A stretch of 64,000 bases of DNA from Hyaloraphidium curvatum SAG 235-1 (lineage: Eukaryota > Fungi > Monoblepharomycota): contig JAIVFI010000035.1 of the NCBI GenBank assembly GCA_025558095.1, forward strand, positions 372,001-436,000. The letters run 5' to 3'. The translations under genes and the position numbers were made by a program. Positions 37,875 to 47,594 of this stretch are shown here, one piece after another. Below the pieces are notes generated by a model. That model saw only the letters and a program-made list of their open reading frames with translations. It was not told the DNA's origin and made no database searches. Each line of letters starts with the position of its first letter. Within the stretch, counting starts at the first letter, position 1.

Positions 37875-38860
37875 TTACGGTCCCAGCTCATCTGCCATCC
37901 TTCGCAGTTCCTCGTCTAGTTTCCTTGCCGCGCGATCAAGCTCGGCAAACACGTCCTGGAAAGTAGGCCGCTGCGATGGGTTCGCGGACGTGCAGCGCTC
38001 AAAGAGCTACCAGAGTTCGTCGGATAGTTCGTAAGGTCGGGGCCCAGGCCGCGGTCCGTTGGCGATGCAGGCAACTGGGACCTAGGTAGAGAGTCAGTCC
38101 CACGCAGGTAGTCGGCCAAGCTCCGCTCAACACCTCGAGCGTTGTGTTCTCCGAGAGCATCGAAGCTAAGCGTTTGGCACCTGCTGGGCCCATTCCCACG
38201 TCTCGGAGTTCAACAGCCCGGAGAATGTGCTTGTCCGACAGGAGCCCCATGAGGAGAAGTTTCGTCCCATAGTCGCCAAACCTGCAATAGCTGAGGTTAA
38301 GTGCGTCAGCGCTCCCTTTCCCTTCTCAAGCAGAAACTTGATGGAGCTGCATCCGGCCTCGCCGATCGGGTTGCCGCGGAGGTCGAGCGTGCGGAGATGC
38401 GCGTTCTCGTGGAGCCCGTGTGACATCGTAAACCCCACGGTTGCTGATTCCATTGAAGGCGAGGATCCGGTGCTCTAGCGCCTGCGGTTGACGAAGAGAG
38501 AGGAACGCAAGGCGCCCACACACCCGTCTCCGAGATCGTTTCTGCTCAAGTTCAAGCGCCGCAGAGACTGGTTCCGCTCCAGCATCGAGGCCACGGCCAC
38601 TGCGCCCTCTGCGCCGATGCTGTATCCGGAGATGTCGAGGTCCGTCAGGCTCTTGTTTTCCACAAGCGAGCCGGGAGGTGCTTCGCTCCCTCCGGACAGA
38701 CATCATTCACCGCCAGCTCAAGAACCCTGAGCGAGGTATTTGTCCGAAGAATCTGGGCCAGGGACTAAGCTCCGACGGATCCCAGACCGTTCTTGAAGAG
38801 CTTGAGCGATTCGACGGCCCCACCTCGCTGGAACGCGTCCAACACGGTGCTCGTTGCAGT
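37875..38860 (-). pseudogene. Degraded RNI-like LRR (NLRC3-type repeats) plus kinase C-terminal remnant
   Basis: Repeats such as NQSLRRLNLSRNDLGDGC and NAHLRTLDLRGNPIGEAG are split over several frames, with at least four frameshifts and in-frame TAGs (about 38765 and 38007). Ends with kinase subdomain XI-like ELW*LFERCTSANPSQRPTFQDV. Confidence 0.7.
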
Positions 38861-39039
38861 CTCCGGGACCGCTATACTCGCGGAGCACAGGAGCTCGAGG
38901 TTTGCTGCCTTTGCGGAAAACTAACGGGCTTAGTTAATGGTGATGCTTAAATCGAACTGCGACAGAGCTAACTACACGGCGACAGAGGCTGCGGACGGCG
39001 CGGATCGTTACATGACGGATGCGATTTGAGCGGATGTCC

Positions 39040-39853
39040 TCATACCAACGCCGCCCACCACGCCGCAACCAACGCGGAGGCGATCCCAGCAGCACTGGCC
39101 TTGGCTCCAACCGCTCCGTTGGTGTTCATGATGACTTTCCTGCCGTTGAGGTTCGTACCGCTGTAGCAGTTCACATCACCCGGCGCGCCGCAGTAGGTCA
39201 TGTCGGGACAGTACTGGCCGTCGTCTGGACCACGCGGCATCCGGGATGTCAGGGGTTGCCTGCGAGGAGATTGCACGCCACCCACTGCAGCAGACGGTGC
39301 CGGCAGGGTTGCACGTCCTCGTGGAGCACAGGAAGGAGCCAGGGGGGCAGCCTACGTGCGGCCCCAGGCTTGGAGCGCCGCCGCGCGAGCAGTTGACATC
39401 GCCGGGTTCCCCGCAGACCGCCATTTCGAGTCCACCGGGTCCTCTTCGGCAGTAACGGCCGTCGCCTGGAACAACGGCGGTAGCGATCGTCAGGGATGCC
39501 AGGTGCAGCGGGCGTGCACACCACGCACTGCAGCAGACGGTGTTTGCGGGGTTGCACGTAGTTGCCGAGCAGCGCGAGTGGCCGATGGGGCAGGTCCAGC
39601 CGGGCCCCGCGGGTTCGTTGGCCTTGGGGTACCCATACGGGTCGTCGCGCCGGAGGATCCCGGCAGGGAGCTCCTCGGCCTGGACAAAGCGGACGAGATC
39701 CTCGTTGTCCGCTGCGGGGCCGGGGCCGGAAGCGGCGTCGAAGATGGCGGCGAGGGAGGCCTTGCTCGCGGCGCCAGCCCCGCGCGGGGACGCGAGGGCC
39801 AGCAGCACCATCGTCGCCAAGACTGCGAGATGGCGACAGCGCCCTCCCAGCAT
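39040..39853 (-). CDS. Small secreted Cys-rich protein with two 8-Cys repeats and a GPI-anchor-like C-terminus
   Basis: Signal peptide, RR site, two units CPxGxxxCSxxTCNPAxTVCC-xDGxYC...CGxPGDVNC, and hydrophobic tail GIASALVAAWWAALV. Confidence 0.75.
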
Positions 39854-40424
39854 CGCAATGCGGCAGCTCGTAGAGCGCTCGTTCGAGGAGGTTTCAGATT
39901 GTCAGTGCTGGATCGGGTGGCGCGTGACTGACTGACTTTTTCGCGCGGGTCCGCTCTGCCGACCCGATCAGTCGAAACACACGTGGGCTGTTAGCGATGG
40001 ACGCAACGATGCGCTAAGGTGGCACGGCAGCCCATATATGTTGATCCCCAACTACCACTCCCATCGACTCGGCCGTCCTCGGATGCTCCAAAGTCCAGCT
40101 TCGCACGAAGACCCCTAGGCACTCTCGCCCGCCGCCACCCCGCGCCTCTTTGCCGCCTTGGCCCCGGCAAACTTCGCCAGGTACCTCCCTACGGGCCTTC
40201 TCACCGCGCCGCTCTTCGCCGACGCACGCCGCGTGGAACGAGTACCGGTCGATCGTCGGGCTGCGCTCGTCTACGGCGTATCGGTCCCACTGTCGCGGAA
40301 CGAGAGTGCGGTGAGCATGCCGAGGGAAAAGGACGGAAAGACGTAATACCTGCAAGATCATCTCGGGCCCGACTCATCATCCCCGCGCGGATCTTTCTGT
40401 CACTTTCCAGCGCCCATGCGCAGC

Positions 40425-41687
40425 TCACCACCTCTTGCACTTCCGAAGCAGCTTCTTCAGGGGCTTCTCCGGGACCTCGCCGTTGAGGAGGTACTGTTCC
40501 GCCTCGATCCGCACGCGCGCGAGCCTCCGCAGCGTGGACGCGCCCGCCGAATCCAGGGTGTCGTCGAAATCCAGGACCTCCGCGTCGATGCTCGCCAGCG
40601 CGGGCGGGACGCCGTGCAGGAAGCCGCTGGCGGCCACGTACGTCGATCTGAAGCGCACGAGCGAGGGCATCCCGCACATCCGCTGCCATGCCGCGTCGAA
40701 CCCCTCGCAGAACTCGCCGAGGGTCGCGTCGTCGTCGCGGAGCACGCTGATCTCGGCCGGCTTGATGCCCTCGAGGCCCGCCTGCGCGACCTCCTCGAAG
40801 GTTTCAAACCACCGGAAGCTCATGCTCCGGACGGCGCCGATCAGCCGGAGATCGCGGCAGGCGGCGATGCCTTCCAGGTCGTCCGAGCAGCACTCGCGGA
40901 AGTCGATCTCGACCGAATCAAGCAACGTACTGGCGAAGTCGAGCGCCTTGAGCACCGTCCACGCCAGCGACGACGCGGGCCGGAAGCGGAGCTCCCGCAG
41001 CGCCGGGAACAGGCACCCGAAGACGGCGAGGTCCGGGTCCCCGTCGTCGCCGTCGAGCTCGTCGGCTTCGAGCCAGACGGTCACGTCGAGGACCGCGAGG
41101 TGCGGCAGCGCCAGGAGGCCGAAGGCGGCGAAGTCCTCGGGCGTGCGGATCTCGCACTTCAGCCGGCGCAGCCGGGTGCTCGACGCTCCGAGGATGCCAC
41201 TGTGAAAGGCTGAATGCACGGAAAAGTCGCCCAGGTCCAGATCGCGGACGAGCCCGATTCGCTGCGCGCCTTCCGCGTCCCGGGCGAGGAGCAGATCCGC
41301 GCGGGATGCCCCGCGGTCCCGGAACTCCACGCGGGCGCACAGCACGGAAACGAGCGCGGAGAGCGTCGCGCGGCTCGCGGTTGCAAGGGCGAGCGCGTCC
41401 CTCGGCGCGAGGAACCGCGCGATCTCGGTCAGCAGCTCCGGCACGGCGAGCGGGTTCGGCCGCGCGAGCACGTGGATGCGGGAGCGTAGCTTTGCGAGCC
41501 TTCCGAGCAGCGCGGGCACCTGCCGCGCGGCGCGGCGCACGTCCTCGAGCGCCGCGGCGGAAGTCTCCGCGACCGACGCGCCGGCGGCCTCGATGTCGCT
41601 GACCGCCTCGGCAAACGCGGCGGAGAGCTGCTCGGAGAGCAGCTTAATACGCGCGGAGGAAGCGGTGAGGGCGGAATATGCCTGCAT
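40425..41687 (-). CDS. F-box-like / LRR-like protein (tandem copy 1), intronless
   Basis: N-terminal helical segment, F-box-like PLAVPELLTEIARFLAPRDALALATASR, and LRR-like FPALRELRF. Confidence 0.65.
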   Translation of the reverse strand: MQAYSALTASSARIKLLSEQLSAAFAEAVSDIEAAGASVAETSAAALEDVRRAARQVPALLGRLAKLRSRIHVLARPNPLAVPELLTEIARFLAPRDALALATASRATLSALVSVLCARVEFRDRGASRADLLLARDAEGAQRIGLVRDLDLGDFSVHSAFHSGILGASSTRLRRLKCEIRTPEDFAAFGLLALPHLAVLDVTVWLEADELDGDDGDPDLAVFGCLFPALRELRFRPASSLAWTVLKALDFASTLLDSVEIDFRECCSDDLEGIAACRDLRLIGAVRSMSFRWFETFEEVAQAGLEGIKPAEISVLRDDDATLGEFCEGFDAAWQRMCGMPSLVRFRSTYVAASGFLHGVPPALASIDAEVLDFDDTLDSAGASTLRRLARVRIEAEQYLLNGEVPEKPLKKLLRKCKRW

Positions 41688-41805
41688 AGCGACGTGCGCG
41701 GCGTTTTGCTTTCCGGCAGCCCGATCATCGTGACGCGTCACACGCAAGGAAGTCTTGCGGCCAAAAAACCGTTCGGAATGGGATTCGCGTTCCAGGAGGG
41801 GGTTT

Positions 41806-43071
41806 CTACCACAGGTTCTTCCGCAGAATCCTTGCCATGTACTTTCCGACGGGCCGGCCGCCGAGCTCGAACTTCTTCGCGCTGATCTGCAGCCCCCCGA
41901 TCCGCCGGTCCCTCTCCAAGGACGGTGCCTCGTCGAAGCACAGCACCTCGGCGTCGATCCTCTTGAGCCTGGGCGGAATCCCGCGATCGAAAGCGCGGCT
42001 GGGAAACCAGCTCGTCTCAAAGTGCGTCAGCCTTTCCATAGCGCAGAGATCCTTCCATGCTTCGTCGAAGGGCTTCTTGAAGAAGGCGTCCAGGTCGTCG
42101 TCCTCGTGGCGCATCGCCGACACCTTCTTCGGTGCGAAGCCGTGCAGCCCCAGCTTCGCGATCTGGCTTATCTGGACGGGATCCCTGACGCTGAGGACCG
42201 CGATCGCCGCGCGGAGGCGCTTGGGCACGTTCCGGATCCCGTCGATCCGATCCTCGCCTCCCAGGCTCCACAGGTCGAGCTCGATGACGTCGAGAGCCGG
42301 AGCTCCAGCGTCTAGACCTCTCCAAAGCTGGTCGCTGAACGCGAGCTCGGATCCTGCGCGGAACACGAGCCGGCGGAGGGCGGGAAACGAGACGCGGACC
42401 ATGCCGGGCCGCAGATCCTCCTCCGCCAGGCAACTGGCTTCCAAGGCAACGCTCAGGAACTGCAGTCCGGGAAGGGATAGGCACGCAAAGGCCCGGAAGT
42501 CCTCGGGCCTGTCCGCCGAGCACCACAAAGATCGCAGGCCGTCGTTGCACTCGGCCAGGATCCCCTTGCGCAGGGCAGCCAGCAGCGAATAGTGGAGCAT
42601 GGCCAGCTTGCGCACGTGCGCGATCCTCTGCGCACCGGCGGCATCGCGGGCGAGCAGCAGCGCCGCCCGCCGTTCGCCGCGCCTGCCGAAGGTGACTGCG
42701 TGGCACAGTGCGTCCTTCAGACAGGCGTGCGAGACCCTGCTCGTCAGCGCGAGCGCCAACGCGTCCCGCGGTTCGAGGTACGCGGCGATCTCGCGCAGCA
42801 CCGCCGGGACCGCGAGCGGCGTCGGCCGCAGCACCGCGTCGACCTTGGCGCGGGCCTGCGCGGCGCTCGCGAGCAGGACCGGTACTTTTTCAGCGGCGCG
42901 GAGCGCGGTTCCGAGAGCAGCGGCAAGGTCGGGCGGGGGCCGGAGGGCGCCGCCGAATGACGCGCCCGCGGCCTGCAGGGCGCCTTCCGCCTCGTCGACC
43001 GCGGCCGATAGCTGGGACCACACGCCTTGGAAGCGGGCGGGGAAGGCGGCGAGACCGGCAGGGGGCATCAT
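41806..43071 (-). CDS. F-box-like / LRR-like protein (tandem copy 2), intronless
   Basis: PLAVPAVLREIAAYLEPRDALALALTSR, LLLARDAAGAQRI, FPALRRLVFR, IDAEVL. Collinear with copy 1. Confidence 0.65.
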   Translation of the reverse strand: MMPPAGLAAFPARFQGVWSQLSAAVDEAEGALQAAGASFGGALRPPPDLAAALGTALRAAEKVPVLLASAAQARAKVDAVLRPTPLAVPAVLREIAAYLEPRDALALALTSRVSHACLKDALCHAVTFGRRGERRAALLLARDAAGAQRIAHVRKLAMLHYSLLAALRKGILAECNDGLRSLWCSADRPEDFRAFACLSLPGLQFLSVALEASCLAEEDLRPGMVRVSFPALRRLVFRAGSELAFSDQLWRGLDAGAPALDVIELDLWSLGGEDRIDGIRNVPKRLRAAIAVLSVRDPVQISQIAKLGLHGFAPKKVSAMRHEDDDLDAFFKKPFDEAWKDLCAMERLTHFETSWFPSRAFDRGIPPRLKRIDAEVLCFDEAPSLERDRRIGGLQISAKKFELGGRPVGKYMARILRKNLW

Positions 43072-43324
43072 GTCGGCGCGTTAGGACTGGGAAGGAGGAC
43101 CGTTGGGTTTCGCGGGAACGGGTGCATGCATTTCGGACGAGCAGACCCATAGACCCGTTCGGCTAGGATGGTGCACATCCACCACTATGACTCCTCCGCA
43201 TCAGCTTTACCATGTTCTTCCATGTCGCGGCAGTGATCGGGACGACTGACTTGTCGCGACGGTTTTCCCGCCGCACATTCACCGATTGGCCGAGTCTGTT
43301 GTGCACGCACCTGGCCCTCGAGCC

Positions 43325-44568
43325 TCACAACACCCTCCCCCTCTCCGCCATCGCCTCCTCCCCCGCCCTCGCAAACGCCTCCTCCATCACCCGCGGATCG
43401 GGCACCGACCCGTGCCACGCCACCCTCCCGTTCACCACCACCACGGGGGTCATCAGCCAACCCCCTCCTTGGCCCTCCGCTCCGCCGGCGCAAGCAGCCT
43501 GTCCATCTCCTCCTCGTCCTCCCGCGCGGCCGCCCGCCCCACCGCATCCCAATCCACCCCCTCGCCGCCCCCGAGCGCGGCACACACCTCCCTCGCCGTG
43601 CCGATCCCCGCGACCGCGCCGCCGACCATGCCCCGGGCAAGGGTGGAGCACCACGCCGTCTGCCGCACCCGCACACGGAGCCCCTCGCTCCCGGGCTCGG
43701 GGCCCGGCACGCCGAGCTTGCCCGCCCCGAGGACCGCCAGCGCGTCGGCGGCGCCGCATCGCGCGCAGGGGGTTTCCGCGACGATCACCAGCACATCGAC
43801 GTCGGCCCAGGAGCAGGACTGCCGGAGGGCGATCCTGTCCCGGGTGTAGTGGTACAGGGCCTGCGGCTCCGTGTAGGCGTGCGCCGCGGCGTCCGGAACG
43901 AGCAGGCCGAGGAGTTCGCGGAGGCGCAGCCACGCGCGCCAGTCAAAGGGGCGGCCGTACTCGGCGGGAGAGGGAGGTGGGCCGTCGGGGGAGCGCACGG
44001 TGGCCCAGGCTTCGTCGGCCGCGGCCCGGGCTTCCTCGCGGCACTCTTCCGGCACCGGATCCGGGGGTGCTGGGGGTGCCGGGTCCTCCGGACCGCCGGG
44101 CCAGGGGAGGTCCAGGAAGATGGCGGCGCGGTAGGCGAACCACGGCCCGTACTCGGGGTGCAGCGACAGGCCGGAAGGGAGGTGCCGGTGCGCGAGGCCG
44201 CACGCCTCCCCGAGGAGCTGCATCGCGACGAGGCGGCCGGGCGATGTCTCGTGGGCAAAGTGGGCGTCCGTTGCCACGCCGGGTGGGAGGGAGGCGGCGA
44301 GGGCGTCCGAGACGGCGAGGGAGACGTAGTCGTCGAGCGGGTCCTCGCGGGAGCGCCACAGCGGGTGCGCCGCGAGGAAGGAGGTGAAGGGCTGCCACAG
44401 CGCGCGTGTGTTGCCGACGAGGACGGCGAGGCCGGCGCCGCCGCGGCAAAAGGGGTCGCAGCCGGCGCGCAGCTCCGGCGGGCAGGACGAGAGGTACCAC
44501 CCGGTGCGGAAGGCGACGCAGATGTCCAGTCCACGCAATGCGAGCTCCGCCCGCAGTAACGCGAGCAT
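43325..44568 (-). CDS. MMACHC: Cobalamin-processing CblC/MMACHC protein fused to a C-terminal thioredoxin-like (CxxC) domain; apparent 1-nt frameshift near 43461-43465
   Basis: AFRTGWY, LAVLVGNTRALW, DPLDDY, RLVAMQ, LHPEYGPWFAYRA, DWRAW and YTEPQALYHY are CblC-like. Then PCARC ... MTPVVVVNG...HGSVP, the last part in a shifted frame. Confidence 0.8.
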
Positions 44569-44874
44569 TTCTGCGGGATCGGAGGGGGCCCCGAGGCCCT
44601 GAGCGGCCGCGGAAGGCGATGCGGAATGATTTTTCGCGGGGCGGAGCCGGTTCCAGCGTCCCGCACTTGCCGCCGATCCTCGCTCCTTGCCCGAAAGAAT
44701 AGCTAGATCGGCCGTCCAGACGGGCCAGGATTTATTGCTGTTGATGGGCGAATGGTGCTGCCGACGGCGATCTCCGGGACAGGAGACCGGCGGACAAGGA
44801 TGACGGGGGCAAATGCGGGGCACGGAAACAGGGCAGAAGTGGCAGGGACGTCCTCCAGCACTGCCATCCACCCA

Positions 44875-47264
44875 ATGTTCTTGAAGGGAAGAACCAAGAA
44901 AGATGGATTTGGATTTTTCCGGCGGCCGTTGCAAGCTTCAGGTGGGCCGTTGACGCAACGGCGGCACGGCGGGAGTTGGGGCCGGCGCCGGCTAGCGGAA
45001 TCCGTCTCCCATCCCCCCTCGTCCGGGGCCCCGCTGAGGGCCAGCCCGCGCCGAGCCATGGGGCTGCCGGGCGTGACGCTCGCGGGGTCATCCGCGCCGG
45101 CCGAGGAGTCGCCGTACTTCTTCCTCGCGGGCGGGCCGACCGGCACGTCGTACATCTCCGCGCGCGGCGGCGCGCCGACGGCCGAGGCGGTGTTCGGCCC
45201 GCGCAACGCGCAGTACGACGACTATGTGGCGCGGGCGATGGGCGCCGTCGGCGGGCAGAACACGGCGGTGCCGGCGGTGGGCGCCGCCCCCGCCCCCCTT
45301 CTGGCCGGGAGTGCCCCCCCCGCAGGGAGCGCCCCGCCCCCGCCGGCCACGTCATCGTCCGACACGGGCCCGCGCACGCGCACCGCCACGTCATCCTCCC
45401 TCGCCTCGCTGCCCGACGGCGTGCCCGCCGTGATCACCGACTTCAAGCCGCAAACGCCCACCGCAACGCACTTCCCCACAGACCTGCCCGTGCCGGCCGT
45501 GCCGCCCTTCTACCCGTCGCCCGCCTCGGCCGCCGCGGAGAGGTCGCCCGACGGCCCGGCCCCGGCCTCGTTGCGGCTGCTTGCCCGCGGGTCGACCGCC
45601 TCCTCGCTGGCCCCCTCGGCCTCGGCCGGCGGCCACACCCGCTCGTCCACCGCGCAGACGGCCACCACCGCCGCCTCGCGCAACTCGGAGAGCTCCGAAG
45701 ACGACGAGGACGCGGACGCCTCGGTGGGGATGACGCTGATCGTCGACGCCCCGGACTGGGAGATGGCGGGCATCCTGCCAGAGTTCAAGAACCAGCCGTC
45801 GGCGAACCGCAGCCACGGCTACGACACCACGCCCGCGTCGCCGGCGGCCAACGGCACGCCGCCGGGGGCCGCGCTGGGCGGCGCCAAGTCGCTGTACTTT
45901 GACACGGACTCGGCGGGGGTGCGCTTCGAAAAGTTCGCGAGGGCGAAGTGGGACGATCCCCTGGGCGTGGCGCAGGGGCTGGCGTGGCGCGTGTTCGTGA
46001 ACCCGGTGCAGTGGGCCGGCGAGAAGGTCGTGCGGACCATGTGGGTTGTCTAGAATCGGGGTTCTTTTCCTCCCCGCCTGACCGAGTCGGCAACTCACCA
46101 CCGCCTCCCCCCCTTAGGACGACGACGAGCAACCCGCGCAACCACGACGACATCATGCGGTGGTTCCGCACCCTCGACATCCCCCGCTCGCTGCTGCATC
46201 GGTCCGTCCCGCCCACGGGCCCCAACACCGGGGCCAACGCCGCGGCCGAGACGGTGCACTCGCAGCTGGTCCGCGCGCTCAAGCCCGTGGACGGGGACAA
46301 CGTCGTGTACCTGACGGGGGAGGAGCTGGAGAGGAGGGGGGTGGCGAGCAGGAAGGCGAGGAACGCGGTGGTGAGGGGGGTGGTCGAGATCAGGAAGTTC
46401 AGGTGGGTTGGCGGTCGGGGGGCTCGGGTTACCGGATCTGAGCTTATCCTTCCCGTGTTTGCCCACAGGATCCAGATCATCAAGACCCTCCTCGTCGTCC
46501 CCCTCCTCGAGGCCGCCGTCCGGCGCATCATCGAGATGCCCCACCTCCCCCCCGAGTACGACGTCGGCATCTCCCCGCCGCGCCCGTCCAACGGGTCGCT
46601 GGACCGCCGCGCCTCGGCCGCCCCCAAGGCCGAGAAGAAGCCTCCGGCCAGCAAGCCCGAGGAGCGCCGCGCGAGCGTGCCGCAGCCGGAGAAGAAGGAG
46701 GAAAAGGGCGGCCTCTTCAAGGGCAAGGGGCTCAAGGTGGCCATCAGCTCCATCATCCCCGGGCGCAAGCCGCAACCCGCCCCCTCCAAACCCTCCCCTG
46801 CCGCCGCCGTTCCCCTTCCCCCCAGCCCCGCGACCCTCGCCCCCCCCTCCCCCTCCCCCATCCCGGCGCGCACCCCCACCCCCGAAGCCGACGACGACCC
46901 CCCCCGCATTTCCTCCTCCACCCGCCTCGGCAAGATGCCCGACCGCTACTTCCGCGCCCTCGTCTCGTACGCCGCGGACCGGTGCTGGCTCGACTACGCG
47001 CGCGACTGGGAGACCTCCTCCGGGCGCAACCTCGTCTCGGACGCCTCGGCCGGCCAGGGCGGCGACCCCGTGGCGCTGCTCAAGGGCGCGTTCATGACCC
47101 CGCAGAGGCTGCTCGAGAACCTGCCGACGCTGAAGCAGGTGCTGCACGACCGGTGCCAGGGCGCCGCGAGGATGGAGGACCTGCTTGGCGGGGCGGAGTA
47201 CTGGGGGCCGAGGTGGGTCAAGTGCGGCGCGGGGATGTACGATATGTGGGAGGGGGACGAGTAG
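44875..47264 (+). CDS. Hypothetical protein with Pro/Ser-rich and globular segments, 3 or more exons
   Basis: Long open frames (44752-46053 and 45948-47264) can be joined by GT-AG introns at about 46042-46118 and 46403-46468. No family recognised; start uncertain. Confidence 0.55.
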
Positions 47265-47594
47265 CGGCTTGGCGGCGGGGATGTTGCTGGATCGGGAACG
47301 GGAAGAGATCGCGGATGGCACACGAAGGAACCTGGTCCGTGCCGGGCGGGGGTTGCGCTTCAGGAGCTTATTCTTGTTTGCGACGTTCTACCGTGCACGT
47401 GATGTCGCTGTAGGCGGGGCGGAGCGGATGAGGCGTCTCCAGGGCCCTCGGGCGGCCCGGAGCGTGAAAGGGCCACTGTCCCTTTCACACCGGGCGGTGG
47501 TGGGCCTTTTCGAGGGTTTCTTCGCTGTGGTCCAGACCGGAGATCATATCATCGGTCCGAGCCGCAGCTGTCCCCAACGTCCCATCCCACCGGC

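Noticed and set aside
43450-43458. GGC TGA TGA at the end of the CblC frame read as a selenocysteine codon
   Set aside because: The shifted frame supplies the missing thioredoxin-fold motif, so a frame break explains it better. No SECIS element could be identified by eye.
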